Of a stretch of 64,000 nucleotides of DNA, positions 40,332 to 52,540 are shown piece after piece; positions within the stretch are counted from its first letter, which is position 1, and each line of letters opens with the position of its first letter. The stretch comes from Octopus sinensis (lineage: Eukaryota). The stretch lies in assembly GCF_006345805.1 (NCBI RefSeq), contig NC_043000.1:76012001-76076000 (forward strand), given 5' to 3'. A program made the translations under genes and the position numbers. The notes beneath the pieces were generated by a model, which worked only from the letters and a program-made list of their open reading frames with translations, searched no databases and was not told where the DNA came from.

Positions 40332-42370
40332 TCATGCGTGTTTGTTAGTTACTTGCTGAAATGAACACTGTCGGGACGTGCTTTGGAGGCCGTCCTGAAT
40401 TAAAGAACTATTGAAGAGGTGCGACTGCAAGGTAGGCACTTGTTCTTTTAGGGATTCGGTGGGAGTTTGTTGTATGACATTGTTTTTCATATAAGAAATC
40501 TTCACTAAGTCTCGAATATTTTTCTGCTGCAGTCGCGCTGAGTAACTCACTCAGCGGTGAGAACTGTTTTGTTTTGATGGGCGTGTCTCGCTGCCAAAAT
40601 TTGTGGAAAATTTATTCGACCAATTCGTGGAGGAACTTTTTATGCTGCGACGGTGAACTGGAGTACCTGTATTCTTGTGGATTACTTGTAGACCAGGATT
40701 ACCGGAATGGCGGAATTGTGTTACCGTGAATTGAACTGTCTTCCTTCGTTCTTTTTCTCTCCTCTGTCTTTCTGTTCTTTTTTTTGTGTGTTTTTATTGA
40801 ACTTTTTATTTGGAACATTTGAACTTTGTGTTGAACTTTTTTCTTTCTTTGTTTTTGCAAGCATGACAACAAAGAAAAACACTGCACTGGAATGGGAAAT
40901 TGTGCTCTCCAAGCAGTGGGTAAAGAACTTTAATGAGAGAACGGTGGTGTTGAGAACATATTCTAAGTCCCTCGACACCATCACTGTGTTCCCTCAAGTC
41001 GATATAGAGAAAGAGTTGGCAGAATACCTGCCAACTATCAAGTTTATTGCAAGGGGTGCCAAATTTCAAACAGTGTGGTTGCTATTTGACACCCATGGGG
41101 AGCTCGCATTTTCGCGAGCCAGCCCCTGGAAGGGGAAAAAGTTTTGTTTCTTCCCACATATCATGTGAGGAAATTGACAAGAGTCTGGGTGTGTGGGCTT
41201 CCACCCGGAATAGAGCCCGAGTGGATAGAGGACACTATCCGCTGGGGTCCGGGTGGCAGCGGAGTCAGGCTCTTAAATATTAAAATGCTTCCTGCGGCTG
41301 ATTGGGTGGGGTCGAAAGCAATTTTGACCTTATGGACCCAATCAGCCAAAGATCTGGTTTTTCCAGATTTCCTTAAGACGTCCGGTTCTAGGTATCCGCT
41401 GATACTTGAGGGACGCCCCCACCAAGTGTCACCTGTGCCTGGAATCGGGCCTCATAAAGAAGAACTGCTCCAGGAACCAAGCAAGGGTACTGGAGCAGTT
41501 AATAGAAGAAAATCTCCCTGTTCCCCCAACAGAGGCTCCTGAATCTCTAACGGAGGGAGAAGAAGAGAAAGTCGAGGGGGAGGTAACCTCCCCGAAAACA
41601 AAAAGGGAAGAAAAGAAAGAAGGTGGGCTGCAATGGTTGTCCACTAATGGATGCTGAGACGGTGGAGAGAAGGAGGGACTTCCGAACATGACGGAGGAAC
41701 TCCACCCTCCCGTCGTAAACAAAAAGAATAAAAGGAAGAAGAAAAACGGGGCATCACCGGCGGTTGATGGTGCACCGGTGGCATGTTCTGAAACCCCTTC
41801 GGTGGGACGTGTGCCACCGGAGTGGGGAGAAGAAGGCCCCTCTCAGTGGAAATGTTGAAGAATATGTGATCTTCTCTCTCAGGTGAGGAGCTATAGAGAA
41901 TTATATAGAAAGTTCCTTTAATAGTCGGGACCTGATAGACCCGACTTGTATTCCAGAGTGGCCTCCGCAGGTGGCTGCTCGGGTACTAGAAGAAAGGAAC
42001 TTCTATCATATAATGGACTCCTTCTCAAAGGAAGAGTACAGATCTTGTTTATGGGCCCCCAACTTGCGGCTGCAGGAACGCCTGCAGGAGGCAAGAAACT
42101 TGATTAGGAACTCATTTGTGTAAAAGGTTTATCGCCTTATTAAATTGTTTATAATTGAAATGGACATTTTAGTGCATAAAGTGTAATAAAATTGTAAAAT
42201 TCAGTATTTTTAAAGAACAATGTTTTAGAGAAGCAAAATCGGCGGGCGCTTTTCGTCTTCTCCCATCCTTATCATCCTTGGATCATTATCATTTATCTCA
42301 TTGATGTCCGTGTCCAGCCCGCAAGCTACCTTACTCTGTGTACTGCCTTTATGGAAAATTTAATAAAATA
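40332..42370 (+). mobile_element. ORF1-only LINE-derived (L1/Tx1-type gag-like) insertion inside a SINE head
   Basis: ~530-bp 5'UTR, then ORF1 from ATG 40863 to ~42123 with frameshifts. RRM-like TRVWVCGLPPGIEPEWIED and zinc-knuckle CHLCLESG(L)IKKNC. No ORF2, A-rich end aataaaataa, and a degenerate 15-bp TSD (40317-40331 / 42371-42385). Confidence 0.7.
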
Positions 42371-42553
42371 AAGTAACTTGCTTACGAACCACATGGTTCC
42401 GGTTTCAGTCCCACTGCGTGGCACCTTGGGAGAGTGTCTTTTACTATAGCCTCGGGCCGACCAAAGCCTTATGAGTGGATTTGGTAGACGGGAAAATGAA
42501 AGAAGCCCGTCGTATATATGTATACGAATATATATATATATATATATACACAT

Positions 42554-42599
<46 letters not shown>

Positions 42600-42804
42600 T
42601 TGTGTATCTGGGTTTGTCCCCCAACATCGCTTGACAGCCGAAGCTGGTGTGTTTTCGTACCGGTAACTTAGCTGTTCGGCAAAAGAAACCGATACAATAA
42701 GTGCTAGGCTTACAAATAATAAGTCCTGGGATCGATTTGCTCGACTAAAGACGGTGCTCCAGCATGGCCGCAGTCAAATGACTGAAACAAGTAAAAGAGT
42801 ATAT

Positions 42805-42834
<30 letters not shown>

Positions 42835-42839
<5 letters not shown>

Positions 42840-43176
42840 GAAAAAACAAGTAAAAAATAGAAAATGCTAAAATAATTTTATAGTGAACATTTCAGTACCG
42901 GTTTCGGTCATTGGTATGTACATTGTATGTACATTTTTTACCTATTTTTTACTTGTTTTTTCATATATATCAACTCGTGTGTTCCTTTTCACCCATATAT
43001 ATATATATATTATATATATATATGAAAAAACAAGTAAAAAATAGAAAATGCTAAAATAATTTTATAGTGAACATTTCAGTACCGGTTTCGGTCATTGGTA
43101 TGTACATTGTATGTACATTTTTTACCTATTTTTTACTTGTTTTTTCATATATATCAACTCGTGTGTTCCTTTTCAC

Positions 43177-43180
<4 letters not shown>
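42835..43180. repeat. Two identical tandem copies (offset 184 bp) of a ~140-bp fold-back unit
   Basis: TIR atatatgaaaaaacaagtaaaaaatag / ctattttttacttgttttttcatatat. The copies are separated by (AT)n. Confidence 0.85.
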
Positions 43181-43211
<31 letters not shown>

Positions 43212-43870
43212 CAAAATAAGCAACAAGAATGTCTTCGGTAATTTGGTACAATCGTTTCACGCTACTTCATTTTGTTAAATATTGTAAGTATCACAACAGT
43301 TTTAAAATGTTGAGCAATCATCAGACAATTTATAGAGGTTTCCCATCAATACATATACTTATTTTCATGTTAATTGATAACATTATAAAGATGGTAGATA
43401 TACAGACAGAGATGTTGATTTGAATGTTAAGAACATTAAGGTATTAGAATTAATCTTCTGACTGAAGAATATTCTTTAAGTTATTTTGAACTGCTAGAAA
43501 GTGGGGAGGGATATTCAGTTGAATGGCGACAAAAGAGATTCTTTATTTATAGAAGTAGGCAGGGGTGAAATAAATGTCAGAAGTTATTCCTAAAGAAAAT
43601 TAAAGTTGAAATGGGATTATATTGTCTCAGAGTTTACTCCTATTTGGCAATTAGATTTTGTGGCCTCTACAAACATCACTCCTTGATATTTGTCGGTTTT
43701 ATACCACGTGTTCGAAGCTAGCCACTGAAAAACAGAATTCTGTTTTTAAGTGGCTAGCTTCGAGAGTTGCATTCCCTCGCTTTCGGTACGATGTGCTTAT
43801 TTATTTTGGTAGTCTTGACTTTAAGAGTCCCTCCTAGCGTGTGGCATTTATGTATAGTAATGTCCTCTAT

Positions 43871-43990
<120 letters not shown>

Positions 43991-44588
43991 TGTCTGTGTG
44001 TGTGTGTGTGTTCAGCAATTAAGGAGTAATTTGGTCACGTACTGGCATTAATCTTTATTTTTTAATGGGATGCGCAATATAGTTTTTATGAAACGTAATT
44101 CAAATACAGAAAAATATTTACAGTTTAGTTGTAGTCTTTGAATCGTTATGGTGAACATTTATGAAATATAACATAAAATTGTGGTAGATATATGATTTAT
44201 TTAAAAAATTACATTTGTGTCATATTTACAATTATTAAAATTATCAAAGTATATTAACTGCTCGTCATTGGTAGTATGGTCTCTGCAAAAAAAAAAGAAA
44301 ATTACAAGAAATTAGTATATTTATCAGATTGAATATATTTATTGCTTTTGAAATTAAAAAAAATTAATATGACTAAATGCAATATAAAGTTTAAATTCAA
44401 AAAAAGATGCATATTGAATTCAACAACTTTTCCTTGTTTCAGTCATTTAGACTGTGGGCATGAATGCTGGAGAATTGTCATGAAGGATTTTAGTCGAACG
44501 GATTGACTCCACAATTTTCAAACGGTGGGGAGAGAAACACAGATACAAACGCGCGCGCTCACTTACTCTTTCTTTCTCTCTCTCTCTC

Positions 44589-44637
<49 letters not shown>

Positions 44638-45242
44638 TATGACGGGCTTCTTTCAGTTTCCGTTTACCAAATCTACTCACAAAGCTTTGGTCAACCCAAG
44701 GCTATAGTAGAAGACACTTGCCCACAGTGCCATGCAGTGAAACTGAACCTGAACTCATGTCATTAAGAAGCAAACGTCTTACCACACAGTCACGCATGTG
44801 TCACATAAATGTACAACAAAGTATTAAAAATCCATCAGAACCTAAGATTCTGAAGCCCACTTCACATTCTCATAAACTATATTCTGATGGTTCGAATCAC
44901 ATTCACTATTTAAACAGATGAAAAATAAATATTTCTTTCATAAACGATGGATATTTGTAACGTTAAGAGCAATGTCGTGCGAAATGCATACTAGTGATTT
45001 AACATAAGTGTTAATAACGTTAAATTAAAAATTGAAAGTTAACCATCTACTTCCATATATATTATTGAATGTATGCATATATAAGGGGAAAAAACTTGAA
45101 GAAAACATTGGCTTTCTTCGAGACATATCTAAGATATTAAAATGAACAAGTTCGATTGATGATTGGAAAGTGATCTCTGATGCCATTTGGTTCGTTGCAT
45201 GAATCCAGTAGTTTGATAACATTCCAATTTGTATGCTAAATA

Positions 45243-45269
45243 TCATCTAAATTGCTGGATGATTATTTT
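45243..45269 (-). CDS. Possible short terminal exon (KIIIQQFR*) of the Cys-rich gene
   Basis: Acceptor TTTTATTTCTCATATTAAACAG| ends at 45270, giving a 99-bp intron from the phase-0 donor at 45368. The alternative is read-through to TAA at 45348 (VSEMIY*), or a more distant exon. Confidence 0.35.
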   Translation of the reverse strand, partial: KIIIQQFR

Positions 45270-45368
45270 CTGTTTAATATGAGAAATAAAATAGGGGTAA
45301 AAATGTAAAAGATGGATTAAATTTGTTACATTAGGAATAGTAAAACATTAATAAATCATCTCACTCAC

Positions 45369-47524
45369 CGGTCTATAACAATCATAGTTGGTACACTTGA
45401 GCTTCCCATTTGTACACCGACAAACATTGCATTTATCTTGTGCCATGAATGTTTCTCTGTTTTTGTAAGTTTTTCCATAATACTGGCATGTTGTTGGGGG
45501 ACAATACATTTTAGTACAGACTACACGACCAAACTGTCCACATCTACACGCATTGCAGTCATCTTTAAATATTTCACCGACAGAATAAGTTTTTCCTTTG
45601 TATGTACAAGGTTTGTCACATGTTTTTTGCTCACAATCCACTCTCCCATCAGAAGTGCACTGACATTTGTTGCATTCATTATACCATATAGAACCAATGT
45701 CGTAATGCTTGCCGTTGTAATTACAGGAACACTGCATTTTAGTGCAGCTAACTACACCATTAGATTGACAGGTACAAGTATTGCAACCGTTTTTAAATGC
45801 ATTACCTATTTGATAGGTGTTTCCATTGTAAATACAGTTACATGGGTTACTAGTACAGCTTACTTTACCGTTCGCTTCACACTTACATGTATTACAACCC
45901 TGTTTAAATGTTTGACCTACATTATAAAGCTGGTTGTTGTAAGTACATTTGCAAACGTTGGTAGAACATTGAACGTAGCCAGTTGGTAAACATTGGCATT
46001 GGTTGCAATCTTCCGAAAATTTATCAGCAATTCGATAAGTTTGTCCTTTATGTGTACATCCACATGGTTTATTTGTGCACTCAACTTGTCCGTTATGTTC
46101 ACATTTACAAGTATTGCAATCATCATTAAATTGTGCTCCGAAATTATAAACTCTGTTATTGTAAGTGCAGGTACATTGATTTGTGGTACAATCTACAGTA
46201 CCATCGGCTTTGCATGTGCACGTATTACAGTCCTTTCCAAATGTATTACCTATTTCGTAGGTGTTTCCATTGTAAATACAGTTACATGGTTTATTTGTAC
46301 AGCTTACTCTACCGTTCGTTTCGCATGTACATGTATTACAACCCTGTCTAAATGATTGACCTACATTATAAAGCTGGTTGTTGTAAGTACATTTGCAAAC
46401 GTTGGTAGAACATTGAACGTAGCCAGTTGATAAACATTGGCATTGGTTGCAATCTTCCGGAAATTTATCAGCAATTCGATAAGTTTGTCCTTTATGTGTA
46501 CATCCACATGGTTTATTTGTGCACTCAGCTTGTCCGTTATGTTCACATTTACAAGTATTGCAATCATCATTAAATTGTGCTCCGAAATTATAAACTCTGT
46601 TATTGTAAGTGCAGGTACATTGATTTGTGGTACAATCTACAGTACCATCGGCTTTGCATGTGCACGTATTACAGTCCTTTCTAAATATAGTACCAATTTG
46701 GTAGGTGTTTCCATTGTATGTACATTTACATGGTGTGTTAGAGCACTGCACAATACCGCTTCTTAAGCATTCACATTGGTTACAGTCATTACTAAATCTT
46801 TGTCCAACTCGATAAGTCTGTCCTTGGTAAGTACATTGACAGATTTTCTTTGTACATTCTAACTGACCGTTGCCTCTACAATAGCAAGTGTTACAATCCC
46901 CTTCAAATTTCTGGCCCACATTTAATACTTTTCCTCTGAAGTAACACTTACAAATGTTCTTTGTACATTTAACCTGACCGTTACTTAAACATTCGCATGT
47001 ATTGCAATCATCAGTGAAAGTTTGGCCGGTTTGATATCGTACATTTTTATAATAACATCCGCATCTATCGCTGTTACACTGCACTGTTCCTGTAGTTTGA
47101 CAAGTGCAAGTCTTACAGCCATCATTAAAACTCACTCCAACATTGTAATCTTTACCATTATATTGGCACTGACACACATTATTGGTACACTGAACATATC
47201 CAGAAGAAAGACATTTACATCTATTACACTTGTCTTGAAATTCTTCACCTTCTTGGTACTGCTTTCCATTATAAGTACATCGTTTAGTACAGTCTTTGTT
47301 GCTACATTGTATCTGGCCATCGTATTTGCATATACATGTATTACAGGACTGCTGGAATATCTGTCCTACTCTGTAACGTCTACCCTGATAGGTACATGAA
47401 GGTCGCTGCCCATAGTCACAACGTAAATTTGAACAAACTGCCTTTTCATTTTTGTCACATGCACACGTGTTGCAGTCGATCCTAAATGTTCCTGTATACC
47501 TCTTTCCATTATATGTACATTCAT
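45369..47524 (-). CDS. Exon 2 of a secreted cysteine-rich protein: 19 tandem 6-Cys modules (N-terminal half of VWC / pacifastin-like)
   Basis: Stop-free frame (ORF track 45348-47543). 19 repeats of C-x-Y-x-G-x2-Y-x2-G-x2-F-x3-C-N-x-C-x-C-x3-G-x-V-x-C-T-x3-C. Acceptor TTTTCTTTACAG| ends at 47525 (phase 1) and donor CCG|GTGAGT starts at 45368 (phase 0). The ORF-track Met at 47543 lies in the polypyrimidine tract, so it is intronic. Confidence 0.93.
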
Positions 47525-47589
47525 CTGTAAAGAAAAGAAACAATGATTATTTCAATCAACTAGTACCATGTTCTTAGAAAAGGAACAGG

Positions 47590-49560
47590 GTGTGTATTCT
47601 AGCATAAGTATGCGATTGTGTGCACAAAAAACATTTACTCCCACGGAACAGAAGAGCACTTAAAAGGAAAATAAAAAGGGTTAATCGAAAAATCAACCGG
47701 TTAAAATATTGCCAGCTGCAACGCCTTCACTTGATCGACATAAGTTTAATGGAGCCAAAGAAACTTTATCTTGAAAACTGCATGAAGACTATCATCGATA
47801 GTCAAAGAACTGCAGAAGAAAAGTGGCCCATTAAGAAAAGTCAATCCCAAAATATTCTTTGCATTCGCCAGAAAGCATAAAGGCTGCTGTATCATCTGTT
47901 GGACCTCTGATAAATGAAGATGGCACTCTGTATAGTGGTGCAGAAGAGATTGTTGAGATTCTGCAGAAGCAATATTGCTCCACTTTCAGTAACGCAACCA
48001 TGGTTAATCCTGACAGCACCGGTAAAACAAACCCCCAGAACACCCTATCCGATGTACCATTTGACGCCCTGGATATCATAGCAGCTATTATCAAAATTAC
48101 AAGCAATTCAGCTGCAGGCCTCAACAGGTTTTCCGCTAGAGTCCTGAAGGAGTGCTGTCATCAACTGGCATTCCCTTTAGCTATTCTTTGAAGAAAATTA
48201 CTTGGCGCTGGCCACATTTCTGAAAATTCCCTATCACAGTTGATTGTCCCAGTTTTCAAAAGGGCAACAAATCGCTGGCGGTGAATTACCGCCCGAGCTC
48301 ATCTCTCATAACATCAAACTATTTGAGAGGGTGGTTAGACCTCGAGTACCTCACCTCCTGGAAAGTAACAGCTTACTTATTTCCAACCAGCATGGTTTCT
48401 GCAGCGGTAGGGACTGCCTAACATAGCTCCTGCATCACTTTGATGATATCCTGAAGACTCTAGGTGAGGGCTTCAACGCAAGGCCTTCGACAAGGTTGCC
48501 ATCGCATCCTGTTAAAGAAGCTATCGAACACTGGAAACCTAGGGAAAATATTAAAATGGATTGAATGTTTTCTGGTGAACATAACCCAGCACGTGGTAAT
48601 AGATGGCGTTCAACCATACACGGCAAGAGTTATCAGTGTAGTCCCAAAAGGAACTGTCTTCGGCCCACTTCTTTTCATAAACACAGCAACATTAAAATAT
48701 TTGCAGATGACTAAGCTTCTGAAGGTCCACGACAGAGCAGAATACAGGACTAATCGAATCTGCTCACTGTTACCCGATGGCCGGAAAATCACAATATGCA
48801 TCTTAACGAGAATAAATTAGAATTAATCCACTTTGGTAAAGAGGTTGCTCTTAAACTACCATACACTCTTTCCCTCGGGTGAAAACTTTATCACATTAAG
48901 CAGTGCGCGGGACCTCGGAGTAACTGTCGACAACAACTTAAGCTGGAGTGCCCATATAAATAACGAAGTCGACATGGCCCGAAAGGTGTGCTCCTGGATC
49001 CTCAGGACGTTTCGGTCTTGAGACACTCCAACCATTATCCTTCTGTTCTTCACTTTCGCCCGTCCTCACCCTGAATATTGCTATCCGCTGTGGTCTCCCT
49101 ACCTGAGACAGAATGTTATAAAATTTTAAGTGCTCTAGAGATCGATCACAAAGAAAATAGACGGTATGACAAGTTTTGATTACTGGTATCGTCTCGCGAA
49201 ACTCAGTCTTTATTCTCTCCAACGTCGCCGTGAGCGCTATATCATTTGCATGATGTGGAAAATATTTCAAGGCAATACCCAAATGATGTTGGTATTCACT
49301 TTGGTCCCCGTCCTAGCCGTCCTCTACAAAAGTCATGTTCGCATCACATCACATCACTCAGACAAATCTACTTCAACTCAACTGGCCTGCTCTCTTTAAC
49401 ATCATACCAAGATACATAAGAGAAGAAAAAGATCCCCTAATATTTAAACGGTGCCTAGACGAATATCTCCAACGAATTCCAAATAAACTACCTACCACTG
49501 GATAAATCTTTGCAAATAACTCTACTCTAATGAGCTATGGTGTCCAAAGAATGACTCATA
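47590..49560 (+). mobile_element. CR1/jockey-group LINE ORF2 3' relic in intron 1, antisense to the gene
   Basis: SAAGLNRFSARVLKECCHQLAFPL, NQHGFCSGRDCLT, AFDKV.HRILLKKL, VPKGTVFGPLLF, RDLGVTVDNNLSW, LSLYSLQRRRERY. Many frame breaks. Confidence 0.85.
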
Positions 49561-50958
49561 TGAAACACCTTTAAATGTCATTTCCAGGTACTGCTATTAA
49601 GTTAGACATAGCCTGGACCAGTGCTAACCGAAACTTATCTAAGTATTTAAGCATATTATAAATTCTTAAAGAATAACATCGAGCAACATAATTCTTTAGA
49701 AATGACTAGACATTTGAATTTCCACTCTTCCAATAAATAACTACTTGACCTTTAAACACTATCTATAAATTTATGCTCCACTAAGTCACCTATTTAACAA
49801 TAATTATATTTGCATGGAAAAGCTAAACAATACCTTAACACATTAATACTATTTATACCTCTTGCTACTACCTCAGTTACTATCATCAATATAAATAATA
49901 TTATATATTCTCATATGTGTATATCTACTGTTAACATAGCTCGTGCTGGTGGCACACAGCGTTAAGGGGTTTCCCCAAAAGTTAGTGTTATTTTTGAAAG
50001 TCATTGTTTAAAAGTGCTGTTATTGTTAAATATTGTTGAAAATATTATACATACATACATACATACGTAATCAAATAAAAAAAACAATTAATAAAGAGAA
50101 AAAGGAAAAAAACGATCGTGAGGACGTGCGCAAGTAATATATTAATTTGACGCTCAGTGAAAGGAAAGAGTTGTTAATGTTTCGAGCATAGCTCTTCGTC
50201 GGAAAGAAAAATAAGAAAAAATCGCTAACAAACCACGTACGGTTACATTTCTGAAATGACCGGAAGTGGAAGGATAAAAAGCAAGTAGTTTCTGGGACAG
50301 GAAAGTGTGAAGATGGTAGGTATGTGTGTGTGTCACATTTAAAGTTATTGATCTCGATGGTCATTATTTCTCCGTTTTAGTTTTCTTCGAAATGTTTGGC
50401 TGTATTAAGTATATTTTTTCACTGTAGTTTCCTATCAATTACAATCACTTATCAACTTTCTATATAGATATTGCATTTTTCAGATCATATTGTATCTTAA
50501 CTTCGGTTCGTTAGAGTGCCTTTTCCTAAACAGTTTTTCAAAGATCAGACGCTTTAGGATTTAATCATCTCCCGTACCAACTGTATATTCTCGCCACCCC
50601 TGTTTGTGACATTCTATGCTTAGAGCATTTACAAATTCTAAGGCCTCGAAATAGTTTACACAGTATTTCCAAAATATACACTGTGAAAGACACATTTGTT
50701 GGAAAAGTCCCCAACAGTGATGGTCCTTTAATGTGTCCTAAAGGGACTGAATTTACATAAACCATATACTCAACAACAATATTTTGATCTCTTATTGGTC
50801 AGTAAATAGTAATGCTTGAATATACACTACACTATATGTGTGCGCGTGTGCGCGTGTGCATGCGTGTATCCATATATGTATCCATATATATATATGCGTG
50901 TATCCATATATGTATCCATATATATATATATATATGTATTTATATGTGTGTGTGTGTG

Positions 50959-51023
<65 letters not shown>

Positions 51024-52101
51024 GGATGTGTCCTGTCGCTTTTCATGATGAGTAAAGAAAGAAATTCTTCTTTGATCTTGATATATTTAACCGAAATAAT
51101 ATTTCTCCTTGTCATTGATAACACATTATCCCATCTATGTGGCAAATTGCTGATCCTCCGAACGTGAAATTCTTCAACTTTCGAAACAAAGACAAACTTG
51201 ATATCATTTAACCTCTTCGCAATAAATAAATTGTTTTCCCTAAAAATAATATTACTATGATCTGAAAAGATGATAGATAGATGGAGCAAGGTCAGTGGTG
51301 TAGGGAGGATAAGGCAAAACTTCCAAAGCTATAACCAAAATTTTTTCCTGGATGACTTAGATAATATGACTGAACAATGATTGGAACTTTTTCTGTAAAT
51401 TTTTGCGCAATGCTTTCAGTTGACAATATTTCTCCTCATTACTTGTTTTGTTTTTGGTTTAATACTTCATGAAAGACGACAAACTTTATATCCCACTAAA
51501 TGTAGAGCATAACTTTTTCGGGTGCAGTCCTAGTTTGAGGGTGGTCTCTCCTTTTACAATAGATGTTAACTCTTATCGTTTTCATTTAATTTGATAATGG
51601 CGAATCCACTTTTCATCACTTCTGATGGTTCTACTGGAAGCCAGTCTATACTTCAATAACAAGTAGAAAGCAACTATTTGATTAAGCTGAGGAGCACTAT
51701 TTGATTAAGCTGAGGGATCCACTGACAAAGTGTAGATGCTTTTCTTTGTTCATGAAAGTGTTTTGTGATCAACTGTGACTTGAATTGAAGTGGGTTCGCT
51801 AATTCTCGTGCAGTTTGCTTTGGATTTTCCTCCACTACGGTTTCAGAAGCTCAATATTGACAGAACTCGGTCGTCCAGATCGAGGGGAGTTTACTGGAAA
51901 AAAAATTTCTCGAAAAAAGCTGACCAAACCCTCGTTGACATGTTTGGATGCGGCAAGAAATATTAGCTCTATCTAAGGAAATGAAGCTTTAGTATTTCTT
52001 ACTGTACTCTATGTAAACCATTGCTTACTTTACGATGTGCATCTAAAAAGTACCCCCAAAAGTGATCATGTCAAAAATGCAACAGAAAATTTTATCCAAC
52101 C

Positions 52102-52214
<113 letters not shown>

Positions 52215-52540
52215 CGCGCGCCCGTGTATCTGTGTTTGTCTCCCAAACATCGCTTGACAACTGATGCTGGTGTGTTTATGTTCGGCAAAAGAGACCGATA
52301 GAATAAGTACTAGACTTACAAACAATAAGTACTGGGGTCGATTTGCTCGACTAAAGGCGGTACTCCAGCATAGCCGTAGTCAAATGACTGAAACAAGTAA
52401 ATGAATAAAAGAATATATATATATATAAGTCCCGGGGTCGATTTGCTCGACTAAAGGCGGTGCTCCAGCATGGCCGCAGTCAAATGACTGAAACAAGTAA
52501 AAGAGTTAAAAGAGTAAAAGAGTAAAAAAATATATATATA

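Noticed and set aside
45438-47399. Plus-strand and alternative-frame ORFs overlapping the Cys-rich exon
   Set aside because: Shadow ORFs of a repetitive coding sequence; they repeat with the same 444-bp period and have no motif support.
45369-47524. Regular periodicity suggesting a CRISPR-like or satellite array
   Set aside because: The 111-bp periodicity is protein-domain repetition in a eukaryotic exon. There are no identical repeats with unique spacers.
47525-47543. ORF-track start MFLFFTD for the 731-aa ORF
   Set aside because: It lies in the polypyrimidine tract and acceptor. The real N-terminus is better explained by the signal-peptide exon at 54259-54202.
49590-49640. gttag...ctaac-cgaaac at the CR1-like 3' end as a hammerhead
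   Set aside because: The upstream core (ctattaa) is too far from CUGANGA to support a call.
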